A DNA stretch of 64,000 nt from a virus: IMG/VR virus record IMGVR_UViG_3300009165_000006; one strand, written 5' to 3'. Within the stretch, counting starts at the first letter, position 1. Each line of letters begins with the position of its first letter. Positions 1 to 8,287 of this stretch are shown here, piece by piece. Under the pieces are notes generated by a model that ran no database searches, was not told the DNA's origin, and saw nothing but the letters and a program-made list of their open reading frames with translations. The position numbers and the translations under genes were made by a program.

Positions 1-1572
1 AAGATCAACTTCAGGAAGGGCAGGATTCGACGGTCTTACACAGCTCTCTATGCGAAGAGGGACTCTCGTAGGGTTAGGCAAGGTAAGCTAGCTCTACCCT
101 CTTACCGTCATCACATGATGCGATTGAACAGTAATGCCGAGAGTGCCATCCTGGCAGTGATTTTCTTCGGTAAGGATTGGGTAGTGTTCGATCTTCGGGG
201 TCTACTTCGAAACGTTCGATGGCGTAACTTGTTTGTTGATGGGTCAACCCCCAGCACCTTGCTCGGCATGTTCGGGGATCCAGTGATTGACCCCAAGCGT
301 GGAGTTGTGGCCTTCTGCTACAAGGAGCAGATAGTCCCAGTTGTTTCGAAGTCGATCACGAAGATGGTCAAAGCACCGGAGTTATTGAACAAGCTCTACC
401 TAAAAAGTGAGGATCCCTTAGTTCTAGTGGCTATAGATCTAGGTCAAACTAACCCTGTGGGGGTTGGAGTCTATCGAGTGATGAATGCTAGCCTCGACTA
501 TGAGGTTGTTACTCGGTTCGCCTTGGAGTCGGAACTACTCCGTGAAATTGAGTCCTACCGACAGAGAACGAATGCATTCGAGGCTCAGATCAGAGCTGAG
601 ACTTTTGATGCAATGACTTCAGAAGAACAAGAGGAGATTACCCGGGTTAGGGCGTTCTCAGCATCGAAGGCGAAGGAGAATGTGTGCCATCGATTCGGAA
701 TGCCTGTTGATGCCGTGGATTGGGCTACAATGGGATCAAATACCATTCACATAGCCAAATGGGTGATGCGTCACGGTGACCCAAGTTTAGTTGAGGTGCT
801 CGAGTACAGAAAAGACAACGAGATCAAGCTAGATAAGAATGGGGTACCCAAGAAAGTCAAGTTGACGGACAAGAGGATTGCCAACCTGACCAGTATTAGA
901 TTGAGGTTCTCCCAAGAGACCAGCAAGCATTACAACGATACGATGTGGGAGCTGAGACGTAAGCATCCGGTCTACCAGAAGTTGTCCAAGAGCAAGGCAG
1001 ACTTCTCTCGTCGAGTGGTGAACTCCATTATTAGGAGGGTCAATCACCTAGTTCCACGAGCGAGGATTGTATTTATCATCGAGGATCTGAAGAACCTCGG
1101 CAAAGTGTTTCATGGAAGTGGAAAACGCGAGCTCGGTTGGGATTCCTACTTTGAACCAAAGAGTGAAAACCGATGGTTCATCCAGGTGCTTCATAAGGCT
1201 TTCAGCGAGACTGGTAAGCATAAGGGGTACTACATCATAGAGTGTTGGCCAAACTGGACTAGCTGCACATGCCCTAAGTGCAGTTGCTGTGACTCTGAGA
1301 ATCGCCATGGTGAGGTATTCCGGTGCTTAGCCTGCGGATATACTTGCAATACGGATTTTGGTACAGCCCCAGACAACCTAGTCAAAATTGCTACTACAGG
1401 TAAGGGTCTGCCCGGGCCGAAAAAGAGATGCAAAGGGTCCAGTAAGGGGAAAAACCCTAAGATCGCTCGATCGAGCGAAACCGGTGTATCTGTTACCGAA
1501 TCAGGTGCACCAAAGGTCAAAAAGAGTAGCCCAACTCAAACGAGTCAGAGCTCCTCGCAATCTGCGCCCTAA
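1..1572 (+). CDS. Cas12/TnpB-family RuvC nuclease, candidate type V CRISPR effector (5' end lies outside window)
   Basis: Frame is open from nt 1 (no stop before the first ATG at 115), so >=523 aa. RuvC-I VLVAIDLG (D at nt 436-438), RuvC-II IVFIIEDLKNL (E at 1081-1083), CPKC...CLAC zinc finger, RuvC-III-like CNTDFGTAPDNLVKIA (D at 1354-1356). About 215-aa helical insertion between RuvC-I and RuvC-II. Lys-rich C-terminal tail. CRISPR array starts 33 nt downstream. Confidence 0.75.
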   Translation, partial: KINFRKGRIRRSYTALYAKRDSRRVRQGKLALPSYRHHMMRLNSNAESAILAVIFFGKDWVVFDLRGLLRNVRWRNLFVDGSTPSTLLGMFGDPVIDPKRGVVAFCYKEQIVPVVSKSITKMVKAPELLNKLYLKSEDPLVLVAIDLGQTNPVGVGVYRVMNASLDYEVVTRFALESELLREIESYRQRTNAFEAQIRAETFDAMTSEEQEEITRVRAFSASKAKENVCHRFGMPVDAVDWATMGSNTIHIAKWVMRHGDPSLVEVLEYRKDNEIKLDKNGVPKKVKLTDKRIANLTSIRLRFSQETSKHYNDTMWELRRKHPVYQKLSKSKADFSRRVVNSIIRRVNHLVPRARIVFIIEDLKNLGKVFHGSGKRELGWDSYFEPKSENRWFIQVLHKAFSETGKHKGYYIIECWPNWTSCTCPKCSCCDSENRHGEVFRCLACGYTCNTDFGTAPDNLVKIATTGKGLPGPKKRCKGSSKGKNPKIARSSETGVSVTESGAPKVKKSSPTQTSQSSSQSAP

Positions 1573-1604
1573 GTCACCTAGATCATTGATAACTCCAGGA
1601 GCTA

Positions 1605-1936
1605 GGATCCAATCCTTTTTGATTGCCCAATTCGTTGGGACTACCCCAAAAAGATCCACGAGGCCCGAGTGATCGACGGATCCAATCCTTTTTGATTGCC
1701 CAATTCGTTGGGACGATGACACTCTGGGTTCCCCAAGCCGGCCACGTTTTCCAAGGATCCAATCCTTTTTGATTGCCCAATTCGTTGGGACTAGGCACCT
1801 TCGGAGAGGTTCGACTGGGCAGCCTTGGATCCAATCCTTTTTGATTGCCCAATTCGTTGGGACATATCGCTTTGTCGGACGCTGAGTTCGAGATGATTAG
1901 GGATCCAACCCTTTTGATTGCCCAATTCGTTGGGAC
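1605..1936 (+). CRISPR. CRISPR array: 5 repeats (4 x 37 nt GGATCCAATCCTTTTTGATTGCCCAATTCGTTGGGAC plus a degenerate 36-nt terminal copy), 4 spacers (36, 40, 35, 37 nt)
   Basis: Repeats at 1605-1641, 1678-1714, 1755-1791, 1827-1863, 1901-1936. The first four are identical; the last has T->C and one fewer T. Spacers are unique and 35-40 nt. The 3' half of the repeat forms a CCCAA/UUCG/UUGGG hairpin. The degenerate repeat is distal to the nuclease gene, so transcription probably runs left to right. Confidence 0.9.
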
Positions 1937-2452
1937 CAGTCTTATTCCTCCTACGAGCATTACACGGTCCTCGAGAACGTGGCCCTCGGTCTGAGGTACC
2001 GAGGGATCCCAAAGAAAGAACGAGAAGCCAAAGCCATGGAGATGATCGTCAAGGTCGGTCTCGAGGGGCATGAGCACAAGTTCGCCAAGTACCCGGACCT
2101 CTCAGGCGGGCAACTCCAACGTGTAGCCATTGCTCGAAGCATCGCCTACGACAGCCGGATCCTCCTAATGGACGAACCCTTTGGAGCCCTTGACCTCGAG
2201 ACTCGTAGCCAGATGCAGGAGATGATCGCTCAATTGTGGTTGAGCATCACCCCTACCATCATCATGGTGACCCATGACATTTCGGAGGCGGTCTACTTGG
2301 GTGATACCATCTATGTGATGGGTAGAAACCCTGGAAACCTCAAGAGGAGTTTCATCTCGCCTTTGCCTCTTGAGCGGAACAAAAGTATGAAACGTAGCCC
2401 TGAATTCACTCGAACTGTTCAAGATATCGAAGACTACATGTCCTCGATATGA
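1937..2452 (+). pseudogene. 5'-truncated ABC transporter ATP-binding protein fragment (NitT/TauT-like: LSGGQ signature, Walker B ILLMDEPFGALD, H-loop VTHD); no Walker A
   Basis: The frame of ORF 1979-2452 is open back to 1937, immediately after the last CRISPR repeat (EHYTVLENVALGL...). N-terminal Walker A and Q-loop are absent. Confidence 0.8.
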
Positions 2453-2464
2453 CTCTTTGCTCAC
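2402..2464. repeat. copy A of a diverged direct repeat (3' end of the ABC-ATPase gene)
   Basis: gaattcactcgaactgttcaagatatcgaagactacatgtcctcgatatgactctttgctcac; about 80% identical to 3212-3274. Confidence 0.7.
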
Positions 2465-2484
2465 CGAGGAAACGGCAAGACGAT

Positions 2485-3015
2485 TCAGACTTTCCTTCTC
2501 AAGTATTCAATTCGCTCTTGCGTTTTTTGGAGCTCTTCAGGTGAGTACATGTCGAGGTTGACTCTGAGATTGGTTTCGAGAGCTTCCAACTCTCTGCGAG
2601 CCTGGTATTTGGCTTCCGCGGCACGACTTCTGGGTTTAATCAGATACTGGATTTTCCCTTTTAGCTTACGCTTAGCTACGATAGTACCGATAGGGGTTTC
2701 GGTACCAATAGGGATAGATCTAAGAGTAAACGTGGGTCCGAAGTCACTATCGAAACCATGTCCCTCGATTTTGGCGTTTTCCTCTTGGATGAAGCATCCA
2801 TCTTTCCAAGGTTTGTCTGCCTCATCCTTTGGGATCCGCTCTGGTTTGCCAGGTCTACCGCTCTTTGAGAAGTACTGAACCTCTACGGTAGAGTCCAGGT
2901 AGCGCTGTTTAACCTTTTGCGCTTCAGCGTGTTTGTAATCCGACTCCCACTGCTGGTAAACCTTTTTGAGGTTTACCGGGCCTTTTTGGAGTGGACCGGC
3001 TTCGATGGAGATCAA
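2485..3015 (-). CDS. hypothetical protein (176 aa), lies between the direct-repeat copies
   Basis: ORF track; no recognisable motif. Confidence 0.4.
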   Translation of the reverse strand: MISIEAGPLQKGPVNLKKVYQQWESDYKHAEAQKVKQRYLDSTVEVQYFSKSGRPGKPERIPKDEADKPWKDGCFIQEENAKIEGHGFDSDFGPTFTLRSIPIGTETPIGTIVAKRKLKGKIQYLIKPRSRAAEAKYQARRELEALETNLRVNLDMYSPEELQKTQERIEYLRRKV

Positions 3016-3211
3016 TCTTTGGATGCTTCCTGGGGCACCCTGTCCGAACTTCCCGTTATCATCAAACTCTGTATTCTCTAACTCCTATGAAAGTGGTCCA
3101 GTACTCACCTTGAGATGGGAGTGACTTAGCCTTGTCGACCAGAGCTTGGATAACTTCGCTTTTCACCTCCTAGTTGTAGTATAAGAACAAAAACTAGGTA
3201 CGTTCAAGGGC

Positions 3212-3274
3212 GAATTCACTCAAACTGTTCAAACCATCGAGGACTATGTGTCCTCGATGTAGTCCTTTGTTCAC
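3212..3274. repeat. copy B of the diverged direct repeat (non-coding remnant of the ABC-ATPase 3' end)
   Basis: gaattcactcaaactgttcaaaccatcgaggactatgtgtcctcgatgtagtcctttgttcac. Together with copy A it flanks minus-strand ORF 2485-3015. Confidence 0.7.
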
Positions 3275-3360
3275 ACATCGGAACGTTATCGAGAGCCACA
3301 GATCTTCAATCCAACTTTCAGTATGCCCCTTAGGCAAATTCTACTTATAATTGTTTCCGT

Positions 3361-4029
3361 TTGTCCTACTTAGAGGGACGGACACACTATAAGTCTAGAA
3401 AGGAAAGTATGGGACTAGCTCATTTGAACATTTGGGTCCGGAATCGAAACTGTGACCTACTAACCGATATGTGGCGTACTGATTTGGTCATTCAAGCCTG
3501 TACCGGCACGTACCTGGTTGACATTTGGCCGGAGATCTTAAGCCAATTGCAGACTCGGTATCCTACTTACACGATACTGAGTCACTTCTACCAAGGGGCT
3601 CAACGGATCATGATGATGCCGCCGTCAGGGACCTTCTTCAATCACATTGAGGTTGATATCCCTCCTGGCTGTTACAAGGTGTGGACTCGTTGCTGTCACG
3701 GACAGAACGAGGAGACCTCAGTTCAGTTGATCTCTCCACGATGCGGGGAGGAAGCTTGCGTGAATCTGTTGCTGCCGTCTCTCAAGGTATGTGCCCAACA
3801 GATTGTGCACCCGCTCATCGACCATATCGCTGTTCAGGGGGCCTTCCCGGCGGTGGCTGATAGGCTCGTCATTCTGAAAGGGGTGATGTACGCAGGGGAC
3901 ATTGGTCGAGCCCTTTTGCTTGAGCAGTTGCAGTACCGCTTGTCTGAGGCTGTGGCGAAGGGAGACACGGCTCTGCAGGCTCGTGTCAATGCCGTGATAG
4001 CTCTTGCCGATCAGCTTCCAGCTTGCTGA
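3361..4029 (+). CDS. hypothetical protein (222 aa)
   Basis: ORF track; no motif recognised. Confidence 0.35.
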   Translation: MSYLEGRTHYKSRKESMGLAHLNIWVRNRNCDLLTDMWRTDLVIQACTGTYLVDIWPEILSQLQTRYPTYTILSHFYQGAQRIMMMPPSGTFFNHIEVDIPPGCYKVWTRCCHGQNEETSVQLISPRCGEEACVNLLLPSLKVCAQQIVHPLIDHIAVQGAFPAVADRLVILKGVMYAGDIGRALLLEQLQYRLSEAVAKGDTALQARVNAVIALADQLPAC

Positions 4030-4281
4030 TAGTTTGCATCGGAATGTTGAAGGGGTCCCTCTGAGTGGGGTCCCCTTCGCATTTAACACGCTGGCTGTAC
4101 AGTGGTTCGGGACGATATCTCGGGGACTGCGAAGGAGCTACGGGAGTCAGCGGCATCATCTTTGAGCGAGTAGCCTCGATCTCGATCTCGACTGGTCATT
4201 GACTTTACCAGGTCAGAGAAAGCGTGCTACGGTGCGAAGACGTCAAGGGCCGAATATCCTGAACTCACCCTGTAAAACATC

Positions 4282-4569
4282 ATGATCGAAGTACATATTG
4301 ACTTAAACTTATTCGAGATCACTCGAACAGAGGGGGTTCCAGACAACCCTCACGAAAATATCTACTTGGAATTGATCTCTATCCTCTGGAGTGTCAAGGA
4401 ACAAGCTTCAAACTCCTTGGTACTTTTAGCCCTCGGCTCTTACCTGACTCAGAAGTACCCATCAATCCCATGGAAGGTCGTAGCCTTCGTTGACAATGTT
4501 GAGGTGAGTCGACTCGAGTTCCAAAGCTTGGATGAGAGTGCTCCAATCTCCCGCCTAAGATCCGGTTAG
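4282..4569 (+). CDS. hypothetical protein (95 aa)
   Basis: ORF track; followed by a hairpin at 4571-4598. Confidence 0.3.
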   Translation: MIEVHIDLNLFEITRTEGVPDNPHENIYLELISILWSVKEQASNSLVLLALGSYLTQKYPSIPWKVVAFVDNVEVSRLEFQSLDESAPISRLRSG

Positions 4570-4599
4570 GTCTAAACAGATCGGTGTATTTAGACCACT

Positions 4600-5082
4600 A
4601 TGCCAGAAAGTACCATTCCAACTCTCGCAGTACTCGAAGTTGTGGGTTTTGACCAATTCCGTGAGGTAGTAGCCGTCAAGGAATCAGGTTCAAATCGAGT
4701 AAAGTACCTCACCGCTGTGAGTGGTTCTCAGAAGTCATTCGTCGATGTTAGGACTAAGAATGGTCAGATCTTTCGACTTCCAGTAGATCAAGATAGCTAT
4801 GAAGCTATCTGCGAGGATACAATGTCCAACAAAGGTAGTCGTCAAATCAAGAACGTATCTGGGCACCCGCTTCCTAGCTCCTATGCGCGAGATCGAGCTA
4901 AGGAGTATCAAGAGAGGTATGGGTCTCTTGATTCTATCGACTTCAAACGAGCGTGGGCTGAGGCTCAGATGCTCGACTCCACACTACCCCCGAACCCTCC
5001 CAAATATGTCCCTGAGGAAGCTCAGAAGGCCATCACTCTACTGGCTCGGAGAATTCTCAAACTCGAATCGGAGTGGTCATGA
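4600..5082 (+). CDS. hypothetical protein (160 aa)
   Basis: ORF track. Confidence 0.4.
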   Translation: MPESTIPTLAVLEVVGFDQFREVVAVKESGSNRVKYLTAVSGSQKSFVDVRTKNGQIFRLPVDQDSYEAICEDTMSNKGSRQIKNVSGHPLPSSYARDRAKEYQERYGSLDSIDFKRAWAEAQMLDSTLPPNPPKYVPEEAQKAITLLARRILKLESEWS

Positions 5083-5127
5083 TAGAGACTGCGTGTACTT
5101 GAATGCCAAGTTTGGCCCAGGAAATTC

Positions 5128-5553
5128 ATGCTCCTCTCAAGCCCCCAACGTTTGACTTGGATTTACCTCGTGTTCCAGGATACTCCACCAACATGTGGGG
5201 AGTACGTCGACCCAAAGGGAATCCACTGGCATGTTCGAAACGTGATCCGGGAGCCTGGAGTTGTCCTGCGAGAACCAGCCCCACCGGCATGGTATGTCGA
5301 GATAGCTGCGGACCACCCAGCTTACCAGCTCGAACCCGGATGGGAGCTCCGAAGGTTCTTTAGGCCCGACGAGATTGCTCTTCACCGAGAGCACCTGACG
5401 AACAGCATTCGAAGGATGAGGATCCCAGGATTCGAGTTCGTTGGAGTCTCAGAGGATGAACTCACTCTCGTGGCCAACTTTCAAGGAGTCACTAAGGCTT
5501 CAGGAGTCCCTGATGAGATCGATGGAATGCCGGTTACCATCAATTTCAGGTGA
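5128..5553 (+). CDS. hypothetical protein (141 aa)
   Basis: ORF track. Confidence 0.35.
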   Translation: MLLSSPQRLTWIYLVFQDTPPTCGEYVDPKGIHWHVRNVIREPGVVLREPAPPAWYVEIAADHPAYQLEPGWELRRFFRPDEIALHREHLTNSIRRMRIPGFEFVGVSEDELTLVANFQGVTKASGVPDEIDGMPVTINFR

Positions 5554-5557
5554 AATC

Positions 5558-5797
5558 ATGAGCTGCAAGTACGAGATAACCATCCTACACCCCAAGTATC
5601 GTGATGATGTAATGGTGTGGAACACAGTATTTAGGTCCGATACATTAACATTGACTGTTCTCAAGCGAAAGATTGATATTGCTCATGAGCTTGGTTTACC
5701 GACGACTGCAGCATATAGTAAAGGTAGTCTAGGTACTGGGAAAATCGTTGAGATGTTTGGTGAGCCTCAGTTCTTCGAGGTGGTAAAGGTTTCCTAG
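5558..5797 (+). CDS. hypothetical protein (79 aa; MSCKYEITILHPKYRDD...)
   Basis: ATG 4 nt after the stop of the upstream ORF; C-terminal part of track ORF 5441-5797. Confidence 0.3.
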   Translation: MSCKYEITILHPKYRDDVMVWNTVFRSDTLTLTVLKRKIDIAHELGLPTTAAYSKGSLGTGKIVEMFGEPQFFEVVKVS

Positions 5798-5825
5798 GTT
5801 ATACAAGCGTCCGGATCTGTCAGCT

Positions 5826-6221
5826 CTACGGTAATACGCTCTGGGGGACTTTAGAGGTATCGTTACGCACCTCCCAGGATACCTCTCCCTCGTCTAACCA
5901 CTTGTAGAAGACCTGGCCTCTTCCGACTTGGTTTCGAACAAGATTTGGCTCACCAAGGTGCACCAAGGCCAAGCAATCATCGGGTACCCCTCTGGACATA
6001 TAGATCTTGGCTCCACGGAAGGTTCCCATGAATCCGATCTTCAGCGAAGCAGGATTCGATTCGGACTCAATCGTGTAGATGTCTCTTCCCCATTTGCGGA
6101 TGTCAGCATATGTACAAGGAGACACCCAGACGTATTCAATCTCAGGAGTTAGCATTCCTCCGAGGATATCAGGAGTTAGCACGTAGGCTCGTTTGACTTC
6201 TTCTCTTTCGATGATGACCAT
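5826..6221 (-). CDS. hypothetical protein (131 aa)
   Basis: ORF track. Confidence 0.35.
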   Translation of the reverse strand: MVIIEREEVKRAYVLTPDILGGMLTPEIEYVWVSPCTYADIRKWGRDIYTIESESNPASLKIGFMGTFRGAKIYMSRGVPDDCLALVHLGEPNLVRNQVGRGQVFYKWLDEGEVSWEVRNDTSKVPQSVLP

Positions 6222-6273
6222 AAGTAGTACCTACACTGATTCAGATGACCCGTTCACAATAATGGCAAGGGCA

Positions 6274-6870
6274 TCACTTCCGTTCTCCAGGTTGACCACA
6301 GACTAAGCACTCATCGGGACATCGATCCTCATCATGATTGTACAAACAACTTCGAGTTGGACTCTTGACGCACTTATGAGTGCCTTCAACTAAGACTGTA
6401 CCTTCAGGCAAACCAAGCTGCTCAGCAGCATACTTCATCAAGTCCGCGTGTACAGATTCGTACCTCGAGAGGGCTTCTTTGAAGTTCTCCCAGGTTCTCC
6501 GACTCTCCCAGTAGACCTCAGGGAGCCGAGATTCTCCCCCCAAGAGGTCGATGGCATAGAGGATCTCTCGGCGAACTCTCTTGTTGATCCTAAGGTTCTG
6601 GCAATCTATTTCGTCCAAAGCCTCAATCAGTGCAGCCTCAGTAGCCCCTACAGGTTTTCTCCCGAGTCGGACAACGGGTATCCCTTTGTCAGCAAAGACT
6701 TTGGCCACGTCCTCACTGATGGTGAATGAGCGGATGACTCGTGGGGCTCCCTCAGGGTACTCTGCACGAAGGCGCCAGTTGGTCTCTTGATTCGGGACTG
6801 GTGGGATGAGGTAGATCATAAAAGTAGGCTGAGTGCTCAATAACCCTTGGCACCAGAGAGCATACACCAA
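6274..6870 (-). CDS. hypothetical protein (198 aa)
   Basis: ORF track. Confidence 0.35.
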   Translation of the reverse strand: MVYALWCQGLLSTQPTFMIYLIPPVPNQETNWRLRAEYPEGAPRVIRSFTISEDVAKVFADKGIPVVRLGRKPVGATEAALIEALDEIDCQNLRINKRVRREILYAIDLLGGESRLPEVYWESRRTWENFKEALSRYESVHADLMKYAAEQLGLPEGTVLVEGTHKCVKSPTRSCLYNHDEDRCPDECLVCGQPGERK

Positions 6871-7297
6871 GAACTTGCTGTTTCCTAGTCATTCAAGTAC
6901 ATTCCGGGGCATGCCAGAATTCAGTGCCGGAGATATTGTTCGAGTAGTCCGTCAGCCAGAGCACCTGATTGTTCAGGTCGTGGGTAAAGTCGGGTTCCTT
7001 ACTAGCTTGACCGCAACCCATGCTGAGTTTACAGGTTTGAATTTAGATGGGTCCTACTCAGGGGGCATTACAACCCAACTTGATTGCCTGGAGCCTGAGA
7101 CCTCCCCTCAGTGGGTTGAAGCCAAAAGGCTTCGAGATGAGGCTTTCAAAAAGACCATAGCCGAGAGTATAGCTCGTGCTGAAAGATACAATGCCAGGAT
7201 GTTCGAACTGTCGGTCAAGTACGGAATCTCGGTGGAGCATGTGAAGGCATTGTTTTCTGACCTAACGTACCTCAATCGTCAGGGTTGGTGGCCGTAA
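6833..7297 (+). CDS. hypothetical protein (154 aa)
   Basis: ORF track. Confidence 0.35.
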   Translation: MLNNPWHQRAYTKNLLFPSHSSTFRGMPEFSAGDIVRVVRQPEHLIVQVVGKVGFLTSLTATHAEFTGLNLDGSYSGGITTQLDCLEPETSPQWVEAKRLRDEAFKKTIAESIARAERYNARMFELSVKYGISVEHVKALFSDLTYLNRQGWWP

Positions 7298-7392
7298 GTT
7301 CAGATTTTCAGTTGAACATCAGACCGCTTGTACGTAATAGGAGTTGGCCTGACCAGGTTTTGAGCAAAGCTCAGTCATTCGAGGAGAAGAGT

Positions 7393-7737
7393 ATGAGGAA
7401 TCGAGTATCGCGTGGGTTTACCGTTATAGAGGTGATCATCTGCGTGGCTCTGCTTGGGGTTTTCGCGGTCTTAATTGGGATGCAAGTCATCACGTGGTCA
7501 TCATCTCAGGGCTTGGCCGAAGAAGAAGCCCGAAACTACGCCGCGAAGATGGATAGGACTCTCAAGGGCGTCTCCTGTATGAACCGTGACATAGACGGGG
7601 ATGGTTACGTCTCGTGTACTCTCAACGTGGTCGAGAAAGACGGCTCCCTCTCCCGGGTTCCGATCGAATGCGCGGCCAAATGGACCTACAACAACGAAGG
7701 TTGCAAGGAAGCCTTCGTGAATGTGCTACGAAAGTAA
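7393..7737 (+). CDS. type IV pilin / pseudopilin-like protein with prepilin-type N-terminal signal
   Basis: MRNRVSRG|FTVIEVIICVALLGVFAVLIG: basic leader, G-1/F+1/E+5 prepilin-peptidase site, hydrophobic helix. GAGGAG SD 3 nt upstream of ATG 7393. Confidence 0.75.
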   Translation: MRNRVSRGFTVIEVIICVALLGVFAVLIGMQVITWSSSQGLAEEEARNYAAKMDRTLKGVSCMNRDIDGDGYVSCTLNVVEKDGSLSRVPIECAAKWTYNNEGCKEAFVNVLRK

Positions 7738-7740
7738 CCC

Positions 7741-8190
7741 ATGGTCGTCAAGTTGGGTTCGGAAAGTGGGTTTGACCTCATCCAAGTACCGGTTTCACGT
7801 CTTTCTGAGATGTGTGACGTTACTCACGGGATAACCCCATGGGGTTATCCGATAAACCCCGAAGAGATTCGGGAAGCTGTAAGTGCCGGTCGAGTAGCGC
7901 CTAAACCCAGAAGGGGATTCCCCGGGTGGCCTACAGAGAGGAAGCGGCAGTATCACATCAAACGCGTGGCCTACTTGGTAATGAACGGATGGTATGATCC
8001 GATTGAGATCGACGTAGGGGTACCAAGCCTGAATTGTTACATTGACTGGCCTATCGTGGACGGAAATCACAGGTTCTATGCGTCTATCGTCCGAGAAGAT
8101 CCTTTCATTCTAGCGGTAATCAGCGGTGAGCTTGACTATGCTGAGGAGGTTCTTGGAGTTAAGTCAAGGGCGACATTGTCGCCCTTGTAG
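7741..8190 (+). CDS. hypothetical protein with possible ParB/Srx-fold motif (IVDGNHRFYA)
   Basis: ORF track; motif resemblance only. Confidence 0.3.
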   Translation: MVVKLGSESGFDLIQVPVSRLSEMCDVTHGITPWGYPINPEEIREAVSAGRVAPKPRRGFPGWPTERKRQYHIKRVAYLVMNGWYDPIEIDVGVPSLNCYIDWPIVDGNHRFYASIVREDPFILAVISGELDYAEEVLGVKSRATLSPL

Positions 8191-8252
8191 GTCCCTCATG
8201 CTCTAGGACGGTCGGACTTAAGTTCAAACTTCGATATTTATTGGCATCCCAG

Positions 8253-8287
8253 TTGAGTTTTGAGTAGGCTTACGCGTAATACTGGGC
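8253..8287 (+). promoter_or_regulatory. conserved promoter-like element TTGAG-N15-CGCGTAATA-N6-ATG
   Basis: Only plus-strand instance of the recurring motif; directly precedes ATG 8288. Confidence 0.5.

Noticed and set aside
1501-2142. Minus-strand ORFs 1501-1722, 1583-2077, 1791-2012 and 1960-2142 across the CRISPR array
   Set aside because: Their translations are dominated by the repeated peptide PNELGNQKGLDP, which is simply the repeat read in frame. They are antisense artefacts of the array, not genes.
4571-4598. Hairpin GGTCTAAA-loop-TTTAGACC after ORF 4282-4569 as a terminator
   Set aside because: No U-tract follows on either strand; it may be an attenuator or RNase site. Not called as a terminator.
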